A stretch of DNA of 64,000 nucleotides, taken from Squalus acanthias (Eukaryota). Shown one piece after another: positions 1 to 13,358 of this stretch. Positions within the stretch are counted from its first letter, which is position 1. Every line of letters starts with the position of its first letter. Both the position numbers and the translations under genes were made by a program. The stretch spans positions 137,704,001 through 137,768,000 of the forward strand of contig CM059432.1 of the NCBI GenBank assembly GCA_030390025.1. The letters run 5' to 3'. The notes beneath the pieces were generated by a model. That model ran no database searches and was not told the DNA's origin. It saw only the letters and a list, made by a program, of their open reading frames with translations.

Positions 1-332
1 CCTCCTCCAGCCCTACAAGATCTCTGCGTTTCTCCAATTCTGGCCTCTTGCGCATCCCTGATTTTAATCGCTCCACCATTGGCGGCCGTGCTTTCAGCTG
101 CCTTGGCCTTAAGCTCTGGAATTCCCTCCCTAAAGCGCCTCTCTACCTCTCCCTCCTCCTTTAAGATGCTCCTTAAAACCTACCTCTTTGATCAAGCTTT
201 TGGTAATCTGTCCTGATATCTCCTTCTGTGGCTCAGTGTCAAAAATGTTTCTTATTGATATCGCTCTTGTTAAGCGTCTTGGGACGTTTTACTATGTTAA
301 ATGCGCTGTATAAATTTAAGTTATTGTTGCTG
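1..332 (+). mobile_element. L2 3' fragment
   Basis: Reverse-complement match to 50381-50720; ends taaatgcgctgtataaatttaagttattgttg. Confidence 0.85.
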
Positions 333-2679
333 TTGAATACTCAGCTGCAACTGCAGGCAATTCTTTTCTTGTGACTAGCAGAGCCTGTCCTGGATTCAAA
401 CCCAGGCTCCAGAGGTGAACATCGGAGTAAAGATGGCCTCAAACCAGCAAAAATAATTATTTTGGCCTATTTCAAAAGAGAATTGGATTTATACATGAAA
501 AGGAAAAATTTGCAGGGCTATGGGGAAAGTATGTGTGGGGTGCGGGGCGTTGGTGGTGGGACTAATTGGATAGCTCTTTCAAAGAGCCGGCACAGGCACG
601 ATGGGCCGAATGACCTCCTTCTGTGCTGTATCATTCTATGCTTAAAGTTGCTTGCCTGCACTGGTGATCCTGAATGCCCCAGTTTCAACTGGCTCCTTAG
701 AAATGGTGTAAGGAAGGAGAGAGATGCAAGAGACCGCAGAACGGTTCTCCCAACAATTTAAATATTAAAATGGCACTCCTGCCTGTTCTAAGTTGAAGCT
801 TGCATTGTCAGCAGTGAAACAGGTGCTGATGGGGCATTCTGATGAGGCAAATTGGAGCCCAAGTCAAAGAGGTGCCGGTTTTCTCTAATTACTCTAAGCA
901 GCTGGAAGCCTGCAGCATCGTCCTGTTTAAAAACTAGCACAAATTTGGTAGTCTTACTTTGAAAGATCAGAGGATGAGGGAATAATCACACAGAATTTAT
1001 TTTATTGGGCAATTTGCGGAACAATTTGTTTCCTCTCGTGTAATTTAGCTTATTTTCAATTTCTTTTTAAAATAGAAATGTTCATCATTAAAATCATTTT
1101 ATTGGGTCAGAAAAAAGAGAGATAATGGGGTACAGAAATAATAATTACAGATTAACTTGTCTATTATGATGATAATATAGAGAATTGATGCTTAGATATC
1201 AAATTATCTTGGGAAAACAACATAAATTAAAGAAGCATGTGAATTTTAAACTATTAATACATATTTTATCAACAGTTTGCTTTACTTTCCAAGCCAATTA
1301 AGCGGGCTAGCATCTATATAGTGCCACTCAACATTTCTACACCAAGATTTGGCTTTTTGATGTTTCCCCACAGGATACTGGATGTATGGAGCAGACTCAC
1401 AGCAATAAGGGCAATTTAAATATTGATAGATAGCACAGATTTTCCAAAATACTGTCTTTGGGCATCAGAGAGACTGTCAATTTCAGACTTTGGGCTTGTG
1501 ATTGGCTGAAGGCCAGTTTTTTAACTAATGAAGGCTTGATTTTTTTTGAAAGGTGCTCCCAACTCTAAATAGACAGCGAAAACAGAAGCAAAAGAAAACT
1601 GGCAATAAAAGGGATTTAAAAGAAATAAGTGATTCAAGAGAAAGAGAGTTAGAATGCACGTATAAGATGAGGAAAAAAACGAAAATGAAAATTACAACTG
1701 TAACAGAGGAGGGAAGAGGGGGAGAATGATGAAGGTTTGACAAGAAGTCTTCACAATTACTTTAAATTAAACTTGGCTTAAGTATTTATTTTTTAAGACA
1801 AACTATTCCTGGCATCTGAGTACCTTTATCACGGTAATATGAGTGTTTGTTTTAGCACCACAGTGTGTCAGCTGAAAACTATTTTATTTTTTTAAAAAGG
1901 GAGGTTGAGATATTGGCATTGGCCGCAATCTACCAGTAATTAAACATTTTTTTTTAAGTTCGCAGTTTGTGATGTTGTGCAGACATGGAGACCATCCTGT
2001 AGAATATTCTAAATTCATAAAGAGAATTCTAAAATGGTAGAGAAAATGATTCCAAAGTATTATACGTTTGTCTATGAAAGTCAGTTTTCTCCAGATTTTT
2101 GCATGGATTTTGTGTTCGTCAAGTCAAACTTGATGTTAGTACTCGGGAATGGAGTGCTTTCCATTTCGGTACCAGTTTTAGCAAAAAATCACTCCCATGT
2201 CAGGTACAGATCAGGTAGATGCATGGTAAGACTCCCTTCTATTCTGCTCCAACAAAGTGTCGCAATGAGATTGACAACCTATTCCAATTGATGCCAAATC
2301 AGGGCCAATTGTATGCTGTGCTCTCATAAATACCAGACTGCCCAAACCCATTTTACGCAGGACTATACAACCGCAGATAACCAGGAGAATTTCATTCCAT
2401 CAGTTCGGTCTGGATTCAAAACAAACTTCCAGTGGCTATTTTATTAAGTTCCCCAAATGCAATGCTCTATTACTTTGAGTGGGTGAACAAGTAGCTGTCT
2501 CTCTTAACTGGGTATTGGGGACAGAGGCTGACACCTTCAAATTATCCCCTTCCTCACTGTGAGGAAGTGCCTACTCCTTAGTCCCTCTCCTCAATGGACC
2601 AGCCAAAATTAAGAGAAACCTGGGCACAAACACACACACACAACCACCATTCGAAAAGAGACACCTTTGGATTTATATA

Positions 2680-3052
2680 TAATGCCTCATCAGATCTCCC
2701 AGAGTAGTTTGCATACAATGAATTACTTTGAACTGTTGTGATGCAAGCAAACGCAGCAGCCATTTACAGCACAGCAAGATCCCACATGCGGCAATGAAAT
2801 GAATCTGTTTTTAATGGCATCGGTTGAAGAACAAATGTTAACTGGGATACCAGGAGAGCTCTTTGCTCTTCTTCAATTGACTATTGGATCTTTAACTTCT
2901 GAACCACCTGAACCACTGGAACTGTCAGACAGGATATTGTACTGAAGCGTCAGCCTAGATTATATGCTTAAATCCTGGAGTGGGGCTTAAATCTTCGAGT
3001 GGGACTTGAACCCACAACTTTCTAAAACCAAAGGCAAGATTGCTATTGAGTC
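2680..3052 (-). mobile_element. Degenerate DeuSINE-like SINE
   Basis: gtcagcctagatt..gagtgggacttgaacccacaac head plus degenerate core. Confidence 0.65.
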
Positions 3053-3194
3053 AAGTGGACATTTAGATGTATATTTGTACACCAATGTGCAATGTCAAAG
3101 GAGGGAAGAGGAGAGTAAGGAGGAGAGAATAATCTGCAGAGAAAATGGACAGCAAAAAATAAAACTAAACTGAAAACAAAATATCAATCCTCAC

Positions 3195-3465
3195 CTAACT
3201 AGGTCACTAGGCTTTTTGAAACTCTTCGTACAAAATGAGCATTGGTTTGCATGTTTAGGCTCCTCTTCCACCTCTGTGTTCTTATCCTTGATTTCACTGA
3301 CCCGGTCCTTCTCTGCTGCCGATTGGACTAACACTTTTTCTGAGACCGTGGCGTCTAATCGCGTTTCAGTTTTGGCTAATTCCGCTGTCTCTTCTTCTGT
3401 AAATGTGATGATCCCAATCCGTGATCTTCGCACAACAGGCCTCTCTAGATTTTCATCTTCTTCAT
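3195..3465 (-). CDS. ZNF236: ZNF236 coding exon (last found in window; gene continues below position 1)
   Basis: atctag|AT..AG|gtgagg, 271 nt; (D)[31 protein letters not shown]...[24 protein letters not shown]...[22 protein letters not shown](R). Confidence 0.95.
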
Positions 3466-4254
3466 CTAGATGATAAAAGTTGTTTTTTGGACAAAGAAAG
3501 AAAAAAAATTCTTATATCATATTTGAAATAGATTCCACGCTCATAACCGATGGAAAAAAAATATTTAAAGCGTAGACTGCCAACAGGTTCAGGGAAGTGA
3601 TGGGTCTCCACGAGCTGGCTGGTTTGCAGCTCAAGCACTGCGATGCTGAAATAAATATTATTACAGTAATAAAGCTTCTCAAAAGTACCTTTATTACTGT
3701 AATGTAATCCTAACCACTAAAGTGCATTAAAACGATTTCAATTAAAAATTAAAAATGACTTCTAACACTAGGTGCTGTCATCCATTTTTCCACCTTCTCA
3801 CTTCTATTTATCATCTTAAAAAACACTAAACCCATTTAACTATCTGGCTTGCTGCTGCTTCTTCCTCCTGGTTCCTACAATCCATTTTGGAACTGGAAGC
3901 AACTTTTGAAAATGTTTGACTGGCTACAACACAGCTACAAAGTAATATTTTTTAGCCAGTATTAAAGCAGGGGAGTGAACTTTGACATGGTCAGATCAAT
4001 TGTAATAGGTGTTAAAATGGGAAGAGGATGCGGATGAACAAGTTTGTGCGTTGCCAGTTCCAGGGCGTCCCCCCAAGCGCGTAATCACCATGAAACGTGG
4101 AAGTTTTGTAGAAGGCATGGTAGTTTTTGCCTAAGATAGGTGTTATATTCTCATGAATAATAAGGAGTGCAGATGATGAAAGTACCACGGTAATTCCTTT
4201 CTTTAGATAAAATACTGAGTACGACTTAGTATTCTGAGACAAACCACTTCATAC

Positions 4255-4440
4255 CTCCAACTCCTGCCGTTACTTGATGAGCCTTCATGTGCCTCTTGCA
4301 GTGAAGTGATGTTCGGAAAGTGTCATCGCAGAATGGGCACTTAAAGGGTCTCAGACTGGTATGGATTACCATGTGCCTTGTAAGGCTCCCATTGGTAGTA
4401 AAGGTGGCATCACAAACATTGCATCTGTAAGCTTTGATAC
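4255..4440 (-). CDS. ZNF236: ZNF236 coding exon (2 fingers)
   Basis: ttaaag|GT..G|gtatga, 186 nt; [61 protein letters not shown]. Confidence 0.95.
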
Positions 4441-6171
4441 CTTTAAACATATATAGACACATTTCTAGATATCTATAAATGTTAAAATAAGCTACATCAG
4501 TTGCATCAAAAAGACTGATAAAAGTGAAGCATGGTATTGGCATCTTTAATGCTTTCACACTACACGGGGTTAAAAACCTAAAACATGGCTTTGGATAGAT
4601 TCATACAGCACAGAAGGCGGCCATTCAGCCCATCGTGCCTGTGCCGGCTCTTTGAAAGAGTCCCACTCCCCTCCTCTTTCCCCGTAGCCCCTGCAAAATG
4701 TTTCCTTTTTGAGTATTTATTCAATTCCCTTTTGAAAGTTACTATTGAATCTGCATCCACCTAGCTTATTTTGGTACAGATGTTTTAGATTTTGTGTCAG
4801 CTTGGTTTCCAAGTGAGGGAGACAAGCAATTCAATTCATAAGCAATTCTGTTCAGATACATGTTTGATTGGCAGTTATTTCAATTTACTTGGTCCTGGTT
4901 GTTTTTTTTTTAATGATTGTTATTTTTTAGTGTGTCTGATTCAAATTGGGTAGGTAAACGGGGGCAATTTACGACTTGCTACTAACCCATTTAGGCCTAA
5001 AGCCAGGGTGGCAATGGGACCAAAAGCGTGCAGATAATCCGCTCATCCCAATTTTCAGGTGGACCTCAATTTAGCCGGCCAGAGCTCCCACCAGAAACAG
5101 GCAGGGGGGGGCGACACTAACATGTGCAAATTGGGGTCATATGACACAGCCAAAGACCCAGGTGCCATTTCTGTCTCTACTCACGTTGCTACCACCAGTT
5201 CCTCAACTCATCCACAAACTATGGGCAGTACAAGTGAGGAGGTGGCCATTTCCAGCAGTATTTAAAAGGCTCCTTTGCTGAAGTAAGGCAAAGCTGGAAG
5301 CAGGTGTGGCGCTCAATTTTACTGCAGTTGCTTAGGTCTTTTTAAGCATTAAGTGCTTCCAATATTTGATCTCCTTGCCGCTGTGGATGCTGCAAAAAAA
5401 ATTCCCTGGCACTATAAACCACTGCTCCCTTTCACTCTTGACACATCTGCCCCTACTCTTTGAGGGGCTGCCGGAGGCCCATCAAGATTGGTCACCCCGA
5501 CAGATTTCCCACCCTCCCGATCGGCAAGCTGCCTTTAAGGAACGTGATTAGTGCTAGCAACTCTAATATTCTGCTGTTCGATGTTAATAAGGCCCGAATC
5601 ATGAGAATCAATCAGGGTACTGCCGACTGCAACAGGCGAGTTGTGCAGACACCCTGCCCACCACTTGCCCGATGATATGTCTGAAACAAAAATCGCCCAC
5701 CAGCGTAATCAATTTGTAAACCCGTGGCCAATGACTGCTGCGCTAATTTTATTTTACAGTTTGTTTTAGTGGGGTGGGGGGTGCCTGAAGGGCGGAGAAT
5801 GGATTGGTTTGCAAGCTCATTTAATTATTTGTATATAGACGAATAGAAATAGAAACAGTATACACAAGTTATGATCGGTAATGTGTCATATGCACCATCA
5901 GTGGCAAGGAGCCCATCAAAGTTGCCAGTGTTTGCAACACTTGGTAGTTATTTTGGTTCAGTGTCAAGCAATAATACTTTTCTATACACCACTGCATTAT
6001 GTCAACAGCACCCTTCAAAATGAACAAGCAACTTTAAAATCTATCATGCGATTGCAGCATACTAAATCATAATGGCCTCGAAATTGTGGTCGGAGGCATA
6101 CATCCGGAGTACGCCTCTGACCCGCGAAACATTTACGAAATTACCTCCTGGCGCCCAGGCGGTGAAGATTT

Positions 6172-6487
6172 CACAGAATCACAGAATCCCCACAGTGCAG
6201 ATAGAGGCCATTTCGGCCCATCGAGCCTGCACCGACACATATCCCACCCTATCCCCGTAACCCCACGTATTTAATCCCCCGAACACTAAGGGTCAATTTT
6301 ATCATAGCCAAATCAACCTAACCCGCACATCTTTGGACTGTGGGAGGAAACCGGAGCACCTGGAGGAAACCCACGCAGACACGGGGAGAATGCGCAAACT
6401 CCACACAGACAGTCACCCTAGGCCGGATTCGAACCCGGGTCCCTGGCGCTGTGAGGCAACAGTGCTAACCACTATGCCACCGTGTTG
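6172..6487 (-). mobile_element. HE1-like tRNA-derived V-SINE with CR1-type tail
   Basis: Minus strand: cacggtggcatagtggttagcactg (A box), ggttcgaatcc (B box), V-domain-like gtgtggagtttgc..gtgggtttcctcc..tgctccggtttcctcccacagtccaaagatgtg, tail gggccgaaatggcct..(attctgtg)2. Confidence 0.88.
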
Positions 6488-7279
6488 CGGTCTCAGGCCT
6501 CAAGGCTGAGGGCAGCGTAATGGCCCACGGATCCCAGGCGGTTCGGAAGCGTACCTGGGATCACGTGGGCCCGGATCTCCAATGACAAAGAAGAATTCCA
6601 TTGCAATCATTGAAAGGAATCCCCTAATGATATGCAATGGAATCCCCAAATAATTATACAATGTACAAAATTCTAATAATTATACATAGTACAGAATTGC
6701 AATTTTATTCATAAGTTTCTTCATTGCACCAACCTCAATAAAAATTAAATTTTTTGATAACGATTTCATACATCATTAAAACTGTAATCTGGGCCAATAT
6801 TTGCATAAACTCATTTAATAAAGTGCTTGTACATAATTTAGGATATTAAAATGTTTAATTTAAGCCTTAGATATCCCCTTACGCTGATGCAAACAGGCCC
6901 TATACCTGTTTGCATCAACCATAAGACTTACATGGGCAATTGCTGGCTAGTCGCTGGGCAAATAGCCCAACTCTGCACCAGCGATTGCTTTTTCGGCGCC
7001 CCCCGCAGATGGCCTGTCAACGCGTACGTCAACAGGCCGCAAGTTCCGGATTTCGTGCAAATCTGTAACTTGCAGGGGATTACAACGGTGTATTCAGAGT
7101 ACCAATTAAGATTCTAACGTGCGGGTGTAATGAAATGTATAATATTTGTACACTAGACTTTTGAACCGCTGTTTTAAGCCATTAAATACTTTTCACTTTT
7201 GTAACTTTGGGACTCGGGCAGGGTTTTAGATGCATTAATACAATTATGTACTTTATGGCCTCAAAAAGATTATTTTGTT

Positions 7280-7688
7280 AGCTGTGACTCAGTTGGTAGC
7301 ACTCTCATCTCTCAGTCAGAAGATTGTGGGTTCAAGTCCCACTCCAGAGACTTGAGCACAAAATCTAGACTGACACTCCCAGTGCAGTATTGAGGGAGTG
7401 CTGCACTGTCGGAGGTGCCGCTTTTCGGATGAGACGTTAAACCGAGGCCCCGTCTCCTCTCTCAGGTGGATTTAAAAGATCCCATGGCACTATTTGTAGA
7501 AGAGCAGGGGAGTGTCCTGGCCAATATTTATCCCTCAACCAGCATCGATAATAAAAAAAAACGGATTATCTGGTCATTATCACATTGCTGTTTGCGGGAC
7601 CTTGCTACACTTTAAAAGTACTTCATTGGCTGTCAGGTGCTTTGGGGCATCCTGAGGTCACGAAAGGTCCTCTGTAAACGCAAGTTCT
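7280..7688 (+). mobile_element. SacSINE1/DeuSINE-like tRNA-derived SINE
   Basis: A box tgactcagttgg, B box ggttcaagtcc, Deu-like core tttcggatgagacgttaaaccgaggcccc..aaaagatcccatggcact, L2-type tail. Confidence 0.88.
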
Positions 7689-7725
7689 TTTCGTTCTTTC
7701 TATACCAGTTTGCTCAAACCATTAC

Positions 7726-7877
7726 CTGTGTGCGTTCGCTGATGTGCTTTCAAAACCCCTGAGGATACAAAACATCGACTGCACTGAAGGCATTTGAAGG
7801 GCTTTTCACCTGTGTGAGAACGTACATGTTGCTTTAGATGGCTTGATTTCTTGAAACCTTTGTTACAGAACTCACAC
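7726..7877 (-). CDS. ZNF236: ZNF236 coding exon (2 fingers; absent from ORF track)
   Basis: ctccag|G..G|gtaatg, 152 nt; [50 protein letters not shown](G). Confidence 0.96.
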
Positions 7878-8107
7878 CTGGAGAATGCAGGGAAAAAAAA
7901 CCATTAGCATTATTTAAATACAAGCACATTATTTAGCTTCAGAGAGATCAATCTATAAAAGGGTATTCATTCTTGGGTTAGAGACCATTTAAGGAGGCAC
8001 AGGGAGAAAAATGGAGATGATTAACCGGTGCCACTCTCACACGAATGATAGCAGTTGGTTTAAGAACAGGCATTTATCCTAGGCAAAGGCCCAAGAGATC
8101 CCATCAC

Positions 8108-8272
8108 CAACGTTCCCACTAAAATGCTGTTGTTGTGCGCGGCCAGTTACTTTACCTTTACATTTTTTGCGCAACCGCGCATGCACGATATTTGAGGGCT
8201 TGTGAGCGGCCTACACGGTACCTTCAAGATTGCTGCCTGCCCGTGCACGCGCACAGCTTGGAGGGAACATTG
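8108..8272. mobile_element. hAT-like MITE
   Basis: TIR caacgttcccactaa / ttggagggaacattg; imperfect 8-bp flanking repeat cccatcac / gctatcac. Confidence 0.65.
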
Positions 8273-9061
8273 GCTATCACCATCACATTAGTGAGCGAGT
8301 AAACAATACACAGGAACCATGGGCATGACTAGACCTTTGGAGCCAGTCAGGTAGGGCATCAGGCACAGTACTGAGGAAGGATGAGGCAGCTTGCTCTTAA
8401 GAATGATGGAAAGAAAATCAGCATGGGTTTCACACTGGATTGTATATTCCAGCTTGGCCTGGGAGCTGCAGGGGGAAACCTGTGATCCCGGTTATCTCAG
8501 ATGGAGGCCAGGATGAGCAGAGAGTCCTAAAAGCAGGATCAAACATGGGTTAAAAATAACAAGAGTAAACTCAGATGTGACCAGTGCTGAGGGACAAATA
8601 TATACAGTATATAATGGTGTTATTGAAATTGGACTTTAAAAATGTTGCCACTTATCTGCCTCAGAATTCAGACTGTGGTGTTTCATTTACGTTTTCTACT
8701 TGATGCTGCACTGATTTAAACAGTGGCAGGTGGAAGTTCCATGGAACCTTTTGAGGGGGTGGAAGTGCAACAGGATGGGACTTCTGTCCAATGCTTTGCC
8801 CTGCCATTGACCTCCATCCCAAATCCCAGGAATGGGGTCACTAGACCATACAAAGTGGTCAGCTGCACCTATAGTGGCACAACTGAAGTGGCCAACCTGC
8901 TGAATTGGCGGAAATTAGAGTGGCGCTCTGCTGTTCCAAAAGGGGCGCACCTGGATAGGGCAAATGCTGGCAAGGACACCATTTTGAAGGGTCTTCACCC
9001 AAAACATTTCTTGTCTGTTCTCTCCACATATGCAGAGTGTTTCTAGCATTTTCTATTGTTG

Positions 9062-9269
9062 GTTCACCGGGAGAACACCCCTTCTCTTTCCCGAGTAATG
9101 CAATAGAATATTTTACATCCACCCGAGAAGGCAGATAGGGGCCTTGGTTTAACGTCTCATCCAACAATGCCATACTGCCTCAAGTGTCAACTCAGATTAT
9201 GTGGCCAAATCCTGACTTGAACCCATGACCTTCGGACTCAAGAGGCAAGAGTGTTACCACTGAGCCACG
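9062..9269 (-). mobile_element. Partial DeuSINE-like SINE
   Basis: ggtttaacgtctcatcc core and ttgaacccat..ccactgagccacg head in reverse. Confidence 0.72.
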
Positions 9270-9469
9270 ATTGACACTAATCGTATTGATAATGAGTGAT
9301 CTGGCCAATCCCTGACCTGATCCTTCACAATTGGTTAAATTGGTGGACTGCCACATGAATGTCCAGCTTTCTTTCTGGCAAAAAAATTTTTTTTTTTTTT
9401 TTTTTTTTTTTGAAGAGTACAGTTGCAATAGAGAAGACTGCAAATAAATTTGGTAGATGCTTCAGAAGC

Positions 9470-10440
9470 ATCACAAGGATCAGTGCTGGGACCACTGCTG
9501 TTCACAATTTACATTAACGATTTTGACTTTGGAATCAAAAACACAATTTCTAAATTTGCGGATGTTACCAAATTGGGGGAATGGATAGTCAATACTGAGG
9601 AGGACTGCAACAAATTACAGGAGGACATTAATAAACTTGCAGAATGGGCAAATAAAGTTCAACACAGATAAATGAGAGGTATTACATTTTGGTAGAAAGA
9701 ATAGGGAGCTCACGCGTCTAGGTGGGGTAGAGGAGCAAAGGGATCTCGGAGTACAAATACACAGATCACTAAAAGTTGCGACACAGGTTAGCAAGGCCAG
9801 AAAAAAAGTAAACCAAGCGCTAGGGTTTATTTCTAGAGGGATAGAATTGAAAAGTAGGGAAGTTATGCTAAACCTGTATTGAACCTTGGTTAGACCACAC
9901 TTGGTGTACTGCGTGCAGTTCTGGTCACCATGTTATAAAAAGGACATAGAGGCACTGGAGAGGGTGCAGAGAAGATTTACAAGGATGATACCAGAAATGC
10001 GAGGGTATACATATCAGGAAAGGATGAATAGGCTGGGTCTCTTTTCTCTTGAAAAAAGGCTGACCTAATAGAGGTCTTTAAAATTATGAAAGGTTTTGAT
10101 AGAGTGGATACAGAGAGAATGTTTCCACTTGTGGGGAAGAGCAAAACTAGAGGCCATCAATATAAGATAGTCAACAAGAAATCCAATAGGGAATTCAGAA
10201 GAAACTTCTTTACCCAAAGAGTGGTGAGAATGTGGAACTCGCTACCACAGGGAGTGGTTGAAGCGAATAGTATAGATGCATTTAAGGGGAGGCTAGACAA
10301 GCATATGAGGGAGAAGGGAATAGAGGGTTATGCTGATAGAGTTAGATGAGGAAATACAGGATGAGGCTCGAGTGGAGCATAAACGCCGGCATGGACAGGT
10401 TGCGTCGAATGGCCTGTTTCTGTGCCGTATATCCTATGTA
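9470..10440 (+). mobile_element. 5'-truncated CR1 LINE (RT C-terminal half plus 3'UTR)
   Basis: [47 protein letters not shown] in successive broken ORFs. Confidence 0.92.
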
Positions 10441-10502
10441 AAGCTATCAGGGAATCTTCAACACATCGTAACATGCTGTAAAATGCTCCCACTAAATCTA
10501 AC

Positions 10503-10606
10503 CTGTATGTTCGCCTAACTTGGTCCTCACTGTCAGAATGGAATGCTGAGCGATGGCTTTGAAGATGTAGGTTTCCTGGTGACGGCTCATGCAAGAGTCG
10601 GGTTGT
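10503..10606 (-). CDS. ZNF236: ZNF236 coding exon (linker)
   Basis: ctgcag|ACA..AG|gttaga, 104 nt; TTRLLHEPSPGNLHLQSHRSAFHSDSEDQVRRTY(R). Confidence 0.92.
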
Positions 10607-11654
10607 CTGCAGAATGTGTGTATATAAAAAAAAAAACAATTTTTGAAAATCAGTAATGAAACTTTGTCACTTCAACTGATAAGAAAATGCTGAATTACAC
10701 CCATAACAGTGTTCTTATGTTATGCAGAGAGTATTACTGTACGAGAGCGCTTCAACATTGCTGAATGGATAGGGATTTTATTGCTCCCAACGCACAATAT
10801 TCCATATATTTCACAACTATGGGGCTGGAAGATTTATCAAGAAGAAAAATCCAACAAGTCCATAGGTGGTGATGAAATATTGCAGTTAGCCAATAAAGAG
10901 ACGTAGATCATTGACAGACACCTTTTTGCTTGCTGGCTACCAAGTATTGAAAAATTAGTTCAAATAATCTGGTCCAGAACCTGAATTAGTGTCAAAAGTA
11001 CATAAACTGAAGTAAAATCAACAGTCTTACTTGGTGTAGAATTCAGTTTTAAGATTAAGAAATGTCTACCACAAAAGGTAACTGCTAAATCAGCTTCCAC
11101 AGCCAGAATTCTGACTCAACAATTTACGACTTAATTTCCGTACTGAACTTTAATTATAATTTTTCCAGGTACAAGAGCCCTACCCACACCACCACCCCAC
11201 CCACTCCTCCCAAACAGAAAAAGGTCACCAGTTGTCTACGATTTAACTGGGAAAGTGTTCTACGATTTTACATAGAACACTTTCCCATTCTTTATGTTAG
11301 CTGTCAAGGTAATCATATTTCACATTTGCCAAGATTTTGAACAGTATGTGACAAATAGTGTTAAAATACTTTCCCTGTTTCAACACTATTTGTCACATAC
11401 TGCTCACAGTAAACTCCGTTACGAGGGATCAGCATCTGGGTTTTGTTCGGCTGTTAAAGGGCACAAACTACTGGGTTTTGTTAAGTTTGGGATTCCGTCT
11501 CCACCAGAGGGCAAGGACATTGACAGATACACAGATTACCAGGCATGCAAAACTTCTCACTGAATATTGACTTTACTCCTCCTTCTGACCAACCACTCAG
11601 ATGCATGATCAGTGTTGGGCTGCCAAGTCCTGAATAAAGCCTTTCCATTCTCAT

Positions 11655-12210
11655 CATCCATTGAACCATTTGAGCCTGGTCCGCCATTCAATTAGATCAT
11701 GGCTGATCTGTACCTCAATGCCATTTACCTGCCTCAGCTCCATATCCCTGGATAACCTTACCCAACAAAAATCTATTAATCTCAGACTTGAAAGCTCTAA
11801 TTGTCCCCCAGCTTCCACAGCGTTGGGGGGGGGGGGGGGGGGATTTTCCAGATTTCTATTGCCCTGTGTGTGAAAAAGTGCTTCCTCATTTCCCTCCTAA
11901 ACAGCCTAGCTCTAACTTTAAGATCATGTCCCCTCATTCTTGATTCCCCCAACAGAGGAAACAGTTTCTCCTTATTGAATCCTTTTAACACTTTAAACAC
12001 CTCGATCAGATTGCCCACGGGCTGCAGCGGTTCAAAAAGGCGGCTCACCACCACCTTCTCATGGGCAATTAGGGTGGGCAATAAATGCTGGCCTTGCCAA
12101 CGACGCCCACATCCCAGGAACGAATAAAAAAAAAACCCTCAATCTTCTATACTCAAGGAAAAAAGAAGCCAAGTTTATACAACCTGTCCTCATAATTTAA
12201 CCTTCTAAGC
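11655..12210 (-). mobile_element. CR1 3' fragment interrupted by a short plus-strand LINE tail (12012-12135, ends in an A-run)
   Basis: LIEVFKVLKGF..FFTHRAIEIW; nested ggcggctcaccaccaccttctc..gcaataaatgctggcc piece matches 46430-46520. Confidence 0.82.
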
Positions 12211-12636
12211 TTGAGATATTTCCACTTATCAAGCAGAAATGTTCCACCCGAAATGTTTTTAGGTATTCATATTGGGACACAAAAAAAATATCAATCAAAT
12301 ATCAGTAAAACACACAGGTGATTGTTAGGTATACCAGCATGGGTAGTTCATATCTTTCATAGGTTTACAGATACTAAAAAATATTTCAGTGGGTCCATTT
12401 AACGTCAGCTTACATTTCTATACAGTTGATTTACAATTTCATAAATTAACCCTGTTTGCACCAATTTGTTTGATAACGCTCCCGTGAAGCGCCTCAGGAC
12501 ATTCTACTATGTTAAATCTTCATAAGGCATGGTGGTGTATTAAGGCATGGTGGTGTATTAAGACTACAGTACAAGGTAAAACAAGCAGCAGTCTGTGAAG
12601 AATTTGGTTTAAAAATATCACTCGTTTAATACTCAC

Positions 12637-12788
12637 CACATTGATATTGTCCGTGGTAGGAACCTGAAGCAGACTCTGCTGGTGGTAACTGGGGGTTAGA
12701 GCTTGTGACTCCAGGCTACTGGAATCCTGCAACTGCTGCACTGCTGTAAACTGACCCTGCTGGCCAAAGCTGTCTGTGATGGTGAAAC
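12637..12788 (-). CDS. ZNF236: ZNF236 coding exon (linker)
   Basis: tgccag|GT..GTG|gtgagt, 152 nt; [50 protein letters not shown]. Confidence 0.95.
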
Positions 12789-13074
12789 CTGGCACAAAAA
12801 GGTAATAAATTAATTTGTTTTATGTTCACTCAAATTGATGCTTAAATGACAACATGGAACTACTATTTATCAACTTCTTGTCAAGTAACAGAACTATACT
12901 TCTATGTCCTGTTGCATTGACACCAGGACTGACTGCAAGGGAGCAATCAAATCCAGCGTTTCAGATGTCACAAATCACAATGGAAGAATCATTCTGTTTA
13001 GAACCATAATCCGAACCTCAAATGTATAGATTATAGCCTTGAAATTACCCCTTGCTTTTGATTTCTGTTTACAA

Positions 13075-13358
13075 TCCAATTCTAGCCTCTTGCGCATTCC
13101 TGATTTCCTTCGCCCCACCACTGGCATCCGTGCCTTCAGCAGTCTAGGCCCCAAGCTCTGGATTTTCCTCCCTAAACCTCTCCGCCTCTCTCTCCTCCTT
13201 TAAGACGCTCCTTTTAACCTACATCTTTGACTAAGCTTTTGGTCACCTGTCCCAATATCTCATGATGTGGCTCGGTGTCACATTTTTGTTTGACAACGCT
13301 CCTGTGATGTGCCTTGGGACATTTTACGTTAAAGAGGCTATATAAATGCAAGTTGTTG
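13075..13358 (+). mobile_element. L2 3' fragment
   Basis: Same family as 1-332; ends gctatataaatgcaagttgttg. Confidence 0.85.

Noticed and set aside
12523..12562. 18-bp tandem duplication giving [12 protein letters not shown] in the ORF track
   Set aside because: It lies beyond the exon donor at 12637, so it is intronic; a simple slippage duplication
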